64,000 bases of DNA from Raillietiella orientalis (taxonomy: Eukaryota): the NCBI GenBank assembly GCA_036172245.1, contig JAYWIR010000027.1, forward strand, positions 2,108,001-2,172,000, given 5' to 3'. Under the pieces are notes generated by a model, which saw only the letters and a program-made list of their open reading frames with translations, was not told the origin of the DNA and did not search any database. The position numbers and the translations under genes were made by a program. Positions 39,685 to 51,982 of this stretch are shown piece by piece; within the stretch, counting starts at the first letter, position 1; every line of letters begins with the position of its first letter.

Positions 39685-41218
39685 TGAAATATCTGCATGA
39701 TGGCATGTAAAGGTCCTTTACATTTTGTAGGGCTTCTTGTAGCCTATAAAGGATCATTTATAATACAGCAAAGTAAATTCAGAATGCAAGCATTCGCACT
39801 AGCTCTTCTACAGAAAATACAATACTCAAGAATATTACTCAATAATAATACTAAGTGACTCTCCAATTTTTTTAAACAAATATTTACATCCTCTAGTTTA
39901 CTAAACTCCAGCCCAATTCAATACAAACTTTTCTCAAGAACTTATTTTGTCCAAATTTTTTTTTCCCCAAAAAAGAAGGAAATTGTATATCTGAGCATCT
40001 GGAAAAATTCTTTTTCGATGCTCACAAAAAAAGTATTTAATTGGTTCTAATGCAAAGTACTTAATTCAATTATGGCTTCCATAGTGGAATACTAAGAATA
40101 CAACCAGGAAAAGCCACATTGTGAAAAACCAGTATATTGCATGGGTATCTTATTCCACATATTGAGTGTATCTAATATTCACTCATGAACAAGTATGCCA
40201 ACTGCAAAGCACTAATTCAACTATCTCTAGCATTTTCATAAACCACATCACTCAGTTTCAAAAAAAACTTAATGATCTTAGCATTGAGATTAGAAGCCAA
40301 AATCTAAATATTAAACTCCTTCTTTTACAGTGTGCCACAAATATCATGAATCTCCTTTTGCCAATGCAGTTTTCACAAATAAAAAAAAATAAACAAAAAG
40401 GCAGACAGCATAAAACACGATTACAATTTGCCTACATGTACACACATTCAAATTTAGCAATGCAAGATTTCACACATCATACAACATTCCATACATTCAG
40501 TTTTCATGCAAATGAGATGCATTTCCAAGCATACACTAGTTGCTTATCTTTCATTTCCTACAGGCATCATTTAAATGCATGAACTGAAAAGATGGAATGC
40601 CATCACATTGTGGAAAACTCCACTTGTTTATCTCAATTAAATAAGTTTTCATGTTCAGAAATGGCAGACTTGATTTCTGATCTTTAAATTCAAAAATTAT
40701 TAACGAAAACATAAAACAAGTTAATCCGATCACCGGTAAATGCCAAGAAAATTGAGCTACCACAAACGTTACGAGTTTGAACACAGAAACTATACTATAT
40801 ATTCCAAAGAATTTGGTTTTATGATCCTCCAAAACCAAAAGTTGTCATTATAAAAAAGGTTTGTTAACTGCTATTTGAAGAATGGTAGTGTTCATGAAAG
40901 GAAGAGAAAACTGGTTGGTGAACACTCATTCCACTTTGACACAATCAAACAAATTCAATTTTTGAATACGTTCTATACAGTAAACAAAACCAGAGAAGCT
41001 TTCAGACAAATGAAATATTATTGAGCTAGTGTGTTCATGCCTTAATTTGTCATTTCTGATAAGCACCACAACATGGTGAAAAAGGAATTCTTTATTTTGA
41101 GTCAGGAACTGCAAGGAGCATTCTACAATCACGGTACCTCAAAGAAGCACATTTATAATGGTTAAAACCATGAAGCACGTCAATTTCGCACATGCTAAAT
41201 AAGCAACATACCCAGAAA

Positions 41219-41238
41219 ACACACACACACACACACAC
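41219..41238. repeat. (AC)10 microsatellite
   Basis: Direct reading of the sequence. Confidence 0.9.
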
Positions 41239-42999
41239 AAAGAACATGGACAGTTCTACCTGAAACCACAAGTTAAAAGATACATAACTGCAGCAGATTA
41301 GCATACTGAAAAACAAAAGAAATCATGTAAATAAACTTAAATGACCTCTTCGATATTACACTTAAGGATAATTCACAATTCAACAATGGTAGCAATGATT
41401 ATATGAGACATGAATAGATGCTTCAAGAATTAAAAACACATATATTTTCATTGTGACTCCATGAATAGATGCAAGGAATCAGAACCTGGTATGAGAAGCA
41501 ATTCATGTAACTAATTTGCAATATTCGCAATCTGTGGAGTTCACAGGTGCAATATTAACAATTACAAATAGACTGATGGGTACTCTGATGAAAAGCAAAA
41601 AAAGTAAAAGTAAATAATGATGATGATTTAAACCATGAGATGACTCCCAAAAGTGAAGTCAACAAAAACAAACAAACCCTAAAATCAATGAACAGCAATT
41701 TTATTCTGAATCACAAATTCAGGTGGAGTCAAGGACAACAAAAAAGGCTCTAGATGTAATCATGAAATGAGCACTAGGGATAGACATATTTCAAATGTTG
41801 AGAAACAATGACAAAACTACATGCATACTGACTACAACTATGCACTTGAGTAACTGAACACTTTAGGTAACTGCTTTAACTTACAATAGTTTGTACACAT
41901 TGGCAACAACATTAAACATGTTTCCCAGTAATACCTAAGAGCGCTGACTTTGCGATTCTAAAATTTTTATAATTGGTTGGAATTTGCTATGCATGAACTA
42001 ATTCTAAATTCTTATTAGAATGAAAAGAAACTTGTATGAAAAGTCTTAACAGCCAAATTAAAGAAACTTGAATTTGCACTTCTGCAATTTACATTTTCCA
42101 CTTTTGAATACTACACAAGCATGCTGTAATTTATTTTTTGGTTGAATGGCAGAGATTTAAAATTATGCATGCCAAAACTGAAAGAATGGTGAGTGATTTT
42201 ACCATAACTTAAACTTCAAAACTTGCAGCAGCTTCAAACTGTTTAAGTTACAAACACATCTTGCAATGAAAACAATAGAATCATTAGTCAAAAGAACAAG
42301 CACTACACTACAGAACTATAGCTATTCAGTGAATCATTGTGATCTCACCTGAACTCTTGCAATAATAATACCCTGCTAAAAGTATACAGATTATGCCAGA
42401 CATTCGGATTTCGGTGGGTAAAAGACACAGGCTTTAAGAAGGATACTATTTTAAACGATTTGCTTATAAAACACTGTTATTCCGTAAACGCAAATGAACA
42501 ATCAATAGAGCTTTCTGGAGTTTACAAATGGCTGCAACTTGTTCACCAAACTTAAAGCACTGTTATGGGATTTTTATATAAAATTTGACCACTGCGCGCT
42601 GCTGTTATGCTATTCTCAAGGATCCTTTCAAACAAAAAGAATTCAAAAAGCTTTCACACAAAAAGCATTACAAAAAAAAGGAAATAGTGTTCTGGCTGTT
42701 GACATATTTACAAATACGGCGGATGGATGCTTTTATATGGGGCACATGTCATAGGCCTATTGCAGTGACTGTATTTTCGTAATAATTCTACTTTTGATGC
42801 ATATGCACTGCTAAATTCTCTCTGGTGCAATGCCATGCTTTGCACACGGAATTCACTAGTGCAGTATCATCACCCCCTTTATCTCAGCAGCAACGCAATC
42901 AGTGTTATACCGACAGTTGTATAGATCGCATTTCACATACTTTGCAAGTAACTCTTAATCGTGAACACTTATCCATGTTTGCTTTTCTACCTTTGAGGC

Positions 43000-43451
43000 A
43001 TATTTGTTACATTCACCACGGTGCTGTAGAAAGCTCCTTTACAACACCGAGACGTGACAAAAGAATTGATTACTCACCTATGCCTAACAAATCGATACAA
43101 GCTGAGCATCCGATTTTGAAATTTGCAAACCGTACAGAAAACAAACGATCGTACAATACGTACTCACCGCGTATGTTTACCTATACTTCCATGCCACCAC
43201 CATTCGCTTTCCTGTATACTGATACTGCTCAGCTAATTTAGATAATCGGAGGCCATATTGATTTGTACTTGCAATGCATCGCGTTTTTCTAACTTGGTTT
43301 CTATTGGTCCATTTTGTCTGCGACTTTAACGTATTGGTAGATTGTATGGAAGAGAACCAATTGTATTTTTTGTGTGTAAATTGCGGAAGCATGCATATAC
43401 ATGGAGTGAGTTTGCAGTGGTCACGTTAAGAGCGGTGCTAGAGTACATAAA
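43000..43451. promoter_or_regulatory. probable bidirectional promoter region between RSBN1 and SET
   Basis: CpG-retaining patch between CpG-poor gene bodies. It has minus-strand GTGAGT donors at ~43077 and ~43167 and a plus-strand GTGAGT at ~43406 just before the SET ATG. Confidence 0.4.
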
Positions 43452-45868
43452 ATGGCAAGCGAAGGAGTTACGCCAAAGAAATTGAGGAAAGTTGAAAATA
43501 TGAGTTCCACAATAACTGATAATGAAGAGGGAAGAGAATATGATCCGGAGACACAGAAAGCTTTAGAAGAAATAGATCAATGCCAGAATGAAATTGATGC
43601 ATTAAATGAAAAGGCCAGTGAGGAAATACTGAAAGTTGAACAAAAATATAATAAATTGAGGAAACCATATTTTGAAAAAAGAAACGATATAATTAAAAGG
43701 ATCCCTAACTTTTGGGTTACAGCTGTATCCTTTAAGCCACTGTGATGTATGCCAGATTGATATTGATTTGATAATGAAAGCAAATCGGAAATTTGTGGCA
43801 ATGATGTTACGTGCCTTTATGTTTTTCTGACCGCAAGAATCTGGTGCTTTTAGGTTGCAGAGGATTCGTTCTTGTAAGGTTTTTGTGCACATTCATTATA
43901 GGTGTAAGTTTCTGTATTTTTGGATTTTTTGGCTTAAAGTGTCTCATCCCATTTCTGTTTGATTACTTTTAGAAAATGGTATTGCTGCAAATACAGATAT
44001 TTAACTTATGTGTAAGAATATTGCGGTCTTCTAACAATGCCAAAATAAGTGAATGGCAAAATTGATAAAAAGATGCAGTATGTGTGTGGAAAGTGTCTGC
44101 TTTTTTGTGTGATTATTTTCAAAGGATTTAAAATAACTACTCATTTGTAGCATTAGAAACTTCAGAACAGCCATATAGTGTGTAGGGACAAAAATTTTGG
44201 AAAACTTTGCCAAGTTCTATGTTAACATGCAATAATATCAGTATTGGTATATTTAAGATAGAATCATTTAAAAGTTTTATGAATGAGAACCATGGGAACA
44301 ACATAAAGGAGTTGTTTATTGCAAGTTTTGGAAACGTTAATAAACTTCGAGTCAGATTGTACTTTCTTGATTTGTGATACAAGTAGTTTTTTGAAGTGTG
44401 CTTGAAGTCTTAACAGTACTTTCAGTGATTTTCAATTATTCTGGTTTATGAAATTTGATGCAGAATGAAATTGCATTCCCTTTATCCATCTTTTTAAATG
44501 TAGTGGAATTCACTATTTGATGTGAATGTGTTTGCTTTCAGGCACATAAAAAGTCCTAAAATTTTAGCATGTTTAATTAGATAAATCTTTAATTAAATTC
44601 AACCAGAAATGTATGGTATGTAATGCTTTTTGTTCTTTCTTGTAAAAATTTGGGTTACAATGTTATATATATTTGCTGATGCTATAAATACATTCATAGC
44701 TTGTGTTTGCAGCATTCTGTTCATAAAAGTTCTTAACTTCACAGTTTGTTAATCATCCTCAGATATCAGCGATTTTAGATGAAACCGAAGAAGACTGTTT
44801 GCATTATTTGAGCAAACTTGAAGTAGAAGAATTTGAAGATATCAAATCTGGATACAGGTAGAATTTGATGTTCTGTTTAGCTTCCTTTTTTTTTTTTATG
44901 CAACCTTAGTACTCATAAACATTTTTTTAATCCTATAAATATAACTGATGTAATATTTACCTACATGAGTATTGACAAGTTAATCTTAGTATTGACCATA
45001 TTAATGGGTTTGCTTATTTATATCAGTGAAAAGCACACACTTTTGTACAGTTTAAGTGGCAATACCAAATTCCTTCTCCAATTATTCCCCAAAGATAGGT
45101 AATGCAGTGCCTTTTTTTTTTTTTGTTGCATTTTCTGTTTTTAAATTCCCTTACTTCATTGGTGATGATGTTTTTTGGATATATCAAACAAAATTAATCA
45201 CAGGTCCATATCGTTTTTGTGTAGTGCATTGAAACCTTCTGGAGTATTCTAATTCTGTGCATTTCAGAATTAAATTTTACTTTGATGAAAATCCTTATTT
45301 TGAAAATGAATGTCTGACCAAAGAATTTCATTTAGGATCTTCAGGTGAGTATATATTTTCATCAGTTTCTTTTATTTGCTTTTAGGTGATCCATCTTCAC
45401 AGAGCACCACAGTGAAATGGAAAGAAGGAAAGGAACTGGATAAGCTGCACAATGAAGAGAAACAGGGATCATCTAAAAAGCACAGGAAGCGAGTGTTTTG
45501 TTCACGCACATTTTTTTCTTGGTTCAAAGACCATGGGGATCCTGGAGCTGATGACATTGCAGAGGTTTGTTACTTCATAATACATGTATAGGATTATTTC
45601 ATGTGGCAACAGGTGATCAAAGATGATATGTGGCCCAATCCTCTGCAGTATTTTTTGGTTCCTGACATTGAAGTAGAAAATGGAGTTGAGGAAGAGGGTA
45701 CTGATGAGGGGGAAGAAGTTGATGACAGTGTGGTTGTTGTTGAAGAGGAAGATGATGAAGATGAAGATGAGGAGGAAGGCTTAGAAGATGAAGATGAAGG
45801 TATTTTATCAAGACCAGTAAAAGAAATCTAAATAGAATCTTTCAGGTGAGGGAGAAGAAGAATTGTAA
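43452..45868 (+). CDS. SET: protein SET / TAF-Ibeta (NAP-family histone chaperone, PP2A inhibitor)
   Basis: Exons ~43452-43724, 44745-44857, 45268-45343, 45386-45564, 45613-45799 and 45846-45868. Sequence: [33 protein letters not shown]...[16 protein letters not shown]...[24 protein letters not shown]...[17 protein letters not shown], then an acidic tail. Confidence 0.95.
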
Positions 45869-47613
45869 AAGAATGATTATGTATCAAGAAATCATCCTTT
45901 TATAAAGAAAAGTACATAAAAATAAAAATTTTTAAATGTTTGTTTTGAATCTAGGTATATAAGATTTTCCTTCTTTGTTTTTTTTCTTTCCATCATCATA
46001 AAGATACGGTACAGGAATAAACGGCACATTGTAAAGTTCACTTCAACTCAAATTATTTAGTCTATTTGATAATTGTAACCTATTAAAGAAAATTTGAAGG
46101 TGCAAATAGCGCAAACTAGAAGTTTAGGAGGAAGGTAAATGAGGTGGATTAGCATAATTCAATTTTAATGCTGACTAAATAACTCCTGTTAAACAATGCT
46201 TTCTTACATAAAGGAATTTCACCACATTTGAAAAGTGTTTAAACGTACTGCATTCTCTTTGGAAAGGGAAAGATGATCTACATGCGTTTTCAAGAGAAGA
46301 CAATGGATTGAAGAAGGGTATCGATTAAGAGACAAAAATCACAAACAGATGAAGCCTCCTTAAAGCAGTTTTACGTAACCTATACTTATATGCAAAATGA
46401 AATGCCTAGTATTGTGGAAATTTCTGCCTCTTAATCAAAAATGAATTTTGGAATTCATTTTTTCAAGAATAGCAAATCACCTTGAGATAACTGGGAAAAT
46501 TAAATACGGGAATCCTAGAGCACGGAAACCCTACAATTTAGCAAGTAACTAAACGCCAAACAGAAACATTTGATTGGCATCACTAAGCAAACTACAATCC
46601 AGCCTGTTTCGCCAAATTAAAACTGACAAACCACTGGAAAGGAAAAAAGTTTGTCTTAGTTTATCAGTCATTTTATTAATAAAATAACCACTGCTTTGAA
46701 TAAATAGTCCGATGGCAATTCTTTCTTAAGCCATTTTTGCCTTTTCACGGGCATTCATAACGGAGACATCGCATTAGTAGGTTTTTATTTGCAGTGCCTT
46801 TTCAAATTACAAAGCTATAAAACCATGGTACTTCGCCAGATCACTATTTTAATAACTACAAAGAATTTCCCTTTCAATTACTTCTAAGAAAACAAATGAC
46901 TGCTGGAAACACAATGTTCGAAGTCACTTTAAACAGAGATTTTTCAAGAAAACCAAAAGATTTCTTAACAAACCTTAAGATCTTGCATTCAATAATCACA
47001 AACTTCGAAAGCCAATACTAATTAAGGTTCTTTAACGCGACGCAGCTGCATCACTTCCTCTCGTACTCGTGAACCTCAAAAAATGAATTACGTGTTAACA
47101 GAAACTTTAAAGTACAATTTTACTAAAACGACAGCGCTATCAAAGACGACCTGCATCACCCTCATCCGAAAAATAGACGGCTAAATCCCTACATCACGAT
47201 TACTAAAGCACCTAATCAAAAACGTCTACAATTATTTCAGAACAAAATTAAAATAAGAAAAGCAGTGCAGACCCCACCTCTACAATTCACGCTGTCAAAT
47301 AGGAAAAAAAAACAATAAATTACGAATAACGTCCAATACGATCGTCCGGAAATTCAAACATAACAGTCAAATACTCCTTCTGAATTAACATTTAAAATCA
47401 ACTATTGCACATCAATTCATTTTCCCTTTATCAACAAATAGGAGCCAAAAGATTCAACTTAAATGCAAAAAAGCATGGCAACAACGTCATAGATCCAAAG
47501 ATATGCAAACATCCTCAAATGAAATAAAGACATCAATTCACAAGGAGAAAAGTTGCATACAACTCATCACCATTCCATGAAGACAAAAAATACAACGTTC
47601 GAACAACAAAAAA

Positions 47614-47655
47614 TTACCGCACTCCTTAAGGGAATCCCTTTAAAGAGTGCGGTAA
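47614..47655. repeat. 42-nt near-perfect palindrome
   Basis: ttaccgcactccttaagggaatccctttaaagagtgcggtaa (1 mismatch, 1 indel) in an A-rich tract. Confidence 0.8.
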
Positions 47656-47949
47656 AGAAAAGTGAAGTACCACAATCAAGAAAAAAACTTAAACTAACAG
47701 GAAAAAACACACAAACAAACTACAACAAATTGACAGCCCCAAAAAACATTGGAAACAAAAAAAATACAACCGGGGAAGCAATAACAAACCACAATATACA
47801 ACCAATCATAAATTTTCACACCGACAATCAACACAATAAATATTTGAAAGAAAAAAATTCAACACAACCACACATCACCACAGACAGCAGACAGCGTTAA
47901 CAACAAAAAACTACCATCCAAAAAAACAAAAAAGTGGAAAACCCATGGC

Positions 47950-50050
47950 CTTCAGTGCCAAAATTCCAAACCACGGGCCCATCTCCACCCTTTCAGCATC
48001 ACCGGTGCCCTTCTCTCCTTTCTTCTCTCTCCCTCCACCACCCCACCCCTCCCCGGGCAGCTGAGTGCGTCGCAACCCGACGGCTGGCACGCCCCGAAGC
48101 GCGCCGGCGTACTCGAGAGACGGCCAGGACCCCCCTCCGTCGTTGGGAAGACCTGCCCGCGGAACGAAACGGTGGTGCACGCCGCTTCCGACTCGCCTCC
48201 GGCGGGCGGCCACCTCGGGAGTGAGCGCTCGCGAAGCGGGGAGATGTGGGAGGAAGGCAGGGGGAGAAGGCGGCAAACGTAACGCAGCAGGGCGAGGCGC
48301 GGGAGAGAAGGAAAGGAAGAGGAAGAGGAGGACTCCGAGCGACGACACGAGGAGGCAGCGAGCAGGGGCCGGCGCGACTTCGCGGAGGAGGCCGCAACCG
48401 CGTCCCTCGCGCAGCGGACACCGATGCGACGGCCGCCAAGGGCAGAGCGAGCGGAAGCCTCCTACTGCGGCGGCGCCGCTGCTGCCGCTGCTGCTGCCAC
48501 CGCCGCCGCCCACCCGCGACTTGCTCGAAGCACGCGGAGCGAAGGACAACAGCTTCCCATCCCGCGAGACATGCCAGCAGCACCACTACCACCATACCAG
48601 CTGCTGCTGCTGCTGCTCTCTGCCTGCCTCTTTCACGACGACGTCCCGGGGCGGGCGCGCCCACTGCCGAGGGACGCGGGAGGTCCGAGTCGACCTTCCG
48701 CCGCCTTCACGCGCTGGCCCGCAAACGCACGGCGGAGCTGCGCCAATGCTTCCGAGAGCGGCAGCCTTCGGACGACGACGGGCCGAACCCCCCTCCCCCC
48801 CCCCCGCCGCGCACCGGCCAGGCTGGGGGGGGCGCGTGTTTCCTTACCCCCCACCCCCCCTCTCGACTCGGACCCTCCCTCCCGGCAACGTCTGCCGCCG
48901 CCGCCCGGTCGGGCACTTCCTCCGGAAAGCTCTTATCCCCGTGCGCCGTCTCTTCCTCGCGCGCACGCGCACGTGCACGTGCGCTCTCTCCCCCGCTCGC
49001 CCGCAGCGGAGCGAAGAATGCCTTGCGTGCTCTATCCGGGGCCGATGTCGAGGAAGGCGCGCGCGCTTCCGACCGCTACCGGGAAGTGCGACCGGGCTGC
49101 CGGGAGCCGAGCAGCAGCAGCGGTCGCTGCCGCCCCGGAGGGCGTACGGCTCGCGCGCTCTGCGCCCTCGATCTTTGCTGGCGGATTCGTTCGACCGGGG
49201 AAGAAGAGCGGGCGCGTTGCCGCCAAAGACGCCGCACTCTCCGTTCGCCGGGGGGGCGACCCTTTCTGCAAGGACGCGATCTCCTCCGAAGGATGCGCAG
49301 GCCGACAGGACAGCCGCCGCCGCCGCCGCCGCCGGGCTGCAGCGTAGGGAGCAGCCAGCGCGGGCGGGCGCGCAGAAAATACCGGAAACGCTTACAGCCT
49401 AATACGCGAGTAATACTTTGAAGTCGGGTGCTGCAGGGGCTGCCGCCGCGGCCCCTGCCGAAATCCTGCTGCGTCGGTTGGCGCGAAGCGTCGGCGGCGG
49501 CAGGTGCTCGCGTGGCCGCCGTGCCGCTGCCCCATCTGCCAGACCGACGGTGGGCCGGGGGGAAGCGAGCGAGCGAGCGAGTTGCGCAGGCGGAGGAAGG
49601 GACTCGCTCGCCCAGACCGCAAGCGTTCGCACGTGCCGCAGCCGCCGCCGCCGCCGCCGCCGCCGCGTCCGCCGGCCTGCCATGGCAGTGAAATCCCGTG
49701 AGGAAAGGAGGAAAGGAGGAGGAGATTCCCACAGGATATGGTACGCAGTTTGGAAGGTGTGCGATTCGTGTGTAGCGCCCGCGGTTCGGCCGAAAGAGGT
49801 TTGGCGCGATTTCTTTTTTCCTTTTCCCCCTCCCCCCCCTTTCCGGCTCGCACACCTCGCCGGGTGTTTGTTTGCCGAGACCACCACTCGAGAGCCGTGG
49901 CTGAGGCCGGGCAGGTGGTCGGATCTCCCCCCCCCCCCTTCTCTCTCTTGCGTGGAACGATGCACGTGGAAAATCCCGCCCGTGCCGCTTCGAATCGGTG
50001 AGCGTGTGTCGCTGAAAACCGCACAAACAAACAAACAAAAATGTGTTTGC
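47950..50050. promoter_or_regulatory. extremely GC/CpG-rich island with (GCC)n/(CTG)n tracts covering the PIGA 5' end
   Basis: Abrupt switch from A-rich DNA at ~47930. (GCC)~8 at 49641-49666 just before the PIGA ATG, (GCC)~6 at ~49314, (CTG)5 at ~48601. Short AT-richer core at ~49375-49425. Confidence 0.6.
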
Positions 50051-51894
50051 GTAAACGAAAATCCTTACGCGATGCTGAGCAACAGTAGTATGGTTTCAGA
50101 TTTTTTTTATCCAAAAACAGGCGGCGTGGAATCGCACATATATCAGTTATCGCAATGTTTGATGCAGAGGGGCCACAAGGTGATCGTGGTCACGCATGCG
50201 TATGGGGACAGAATCGGCATCCGGTACATGACCAGTGGATTAAAGGTTAGAAATGCTTCCAAGTACAGCATCGGCACGAACCATGCCTTGTACCCCCTCC
50301 CCCCCACCCCCTTGCCCCAGCCATCCATCCCATTTTCTTTTCTTTTTTCTCTGTAAGGTCTACTACCTGCCGCTGCCTGTGATGTATGAAGAATGCATTT
50401 TCCCCACAGCCGTTTGCAGTCTCCCTCTGCTGAGGTTGGATTCGGATTCCAAAAGATGATAAGCTGCCCTTTGAACTATGTTTAGAAATATCTTCTTGAG
50501 AGAGAGAATCACCGTGGTGCACGGGCACTCTGCATTCTCGATTCTGGCACATGAAGCTATGGTTCATGCCAGGGCAATGCGTCTAAAGAGCGTCCTGACA
50601 GATCATTCTCTTGCCGGATTTGCTGATTCATCTGCCATCATCACCAACAATCTGCTGCAAATGCTGCTGGCCGATTGCAATCATTGCATCTGTGTGTCTT
50701 ATGTAGGGTAAGGTGCCTGCGGTGGGTGCAGGTTGTGTGGTTTCCTGAGAGAGCTGTCCATCCTCAGGAAGGCCAATACAGTTTTACGTGCTCATGTGCA
50801 GAGTGATCGCGTGTCTGTCATACCAAATGCAGTGGACCCCATGGTTTTCACCCCCGATCCATCCCAAAGAGAACCTGGAAAAAGTAATGCGATGCCTCGT
50901 TGATTCTTTGGATTGTCTGCAATGGTGTCTGTTCAGCAACTATCGTTGTTGTCAGCCGCCTTGTGTATCGCAAAGGGATTGATCTGTTGGTTGCGGTGAT
51001 TCCTGTTCTTTGTTCCAAGTATCCTGATGTCCAGTTCATCATAGGAGGTGATGGTCCCAAGAGGGTTCTCTTAGAGCAAGTTAGAGAGGTATTTGAACTG
51101 CAAGAAAGGATTCAGATGTTGGGGACATTAAGTGCATCGGAAGTGAGAAACGTTTTGGTGAAAGGAGATATTTTCCTTAACACTTCTTTGACGGAAGCCT
51201 TTTGCATTGCTCTTTTGGAGGCAGCTGCCTGTGGGTCAGTATGGAAGCACTAAATTCCTGTTGTTGTTACTTGCATGCAAAGCTAGCTTGCAGGTGGTAA
51301 GCACACGGGTTGGAGGCGTCCCTGAAGTGCTTCCCCCAGAAATGATCTGGTTAGCCGATCCCAGTGTCTCAGGTACCATGTGTGATGATTATGTGAGCAA
51401 CTGCTGTAAGATGAAGCAGGCGTGCTGGAAGCTTTGGACCGTGCCATAACAGCAAAGCAAAGGGGAAGCATTTTGTCTCCAGAGGAAGCACACAGACGCA
51501 TTCAGCACATGTACAGCTGGCAGGATGTGGCCCAGCGTACGGAAGTTGTGTATGATCTTGTCAGCAAAGATGCACCTCTGTGCTTGACAGACCAAATACA
51601 GCACTGCTTCAAACTGGGAACGGCAAACAACAAAGTGTTCGTGTTGATCTTGGTCCTGATTCATGCCGTGTTGTACCTACTTGACCGTTTATTACCCCCT
51701 GAGGTGAGCAGTATACCGAGCATGTTTTTTTTCCTTCCTTCTTTCTTTTTCATTTTTCCTTTTCCTTTTCTTTCTCCTCGTTGCAAAGTTAACAAAGCAC
51801 TCAGAATGTGGATATCTGCCAAGATTTCCCATCGGTCCTGCACAGCAGCGGAGAGCCTGTTGGAAAACGAGCCAAAACAAAGATAGCAAAATAA
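49682..51894 (+). CDS. PIGA: phosphatidylinositol N-acetylglucosaminyltransferase subunit A
   Basis: Exon 1 (49682-49740, [19 protein letters not shown]) joins at 50089 to give [28 protein letters not shown]. Further motifs: [81 protein letters not shown]-terminal TM segment follows, and the last exon is NVDICQDFP...IAK*. Confidence 0.95.
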
Positions 51895-51982
51895 ATTCGG
51901 TTTTTATTGCAAACTTGGGTTGGTCAGTCACTCTTTTGTTGCTGTGGCAGTGAGCAAGGATCAGAAAGGATAGCTTCGGGGA

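Noticed and set aside
48670..48945. Possible RNase P/MRP RNA or rDNA spacer-like sequence in the GC island
   Set aside because: Conserved CR-I/CR-V pairing and rRNA core sequences were not found.
47911..50114. Many long overlapping ORFs (up to 445 aa) on both strands
   Set aside because: These are Arg/Ala/Pro/Gly-rich low-complexity translations expected from stop-codon scarcity in very GC-rich DNA. Only PIGA exon 1 is supported.
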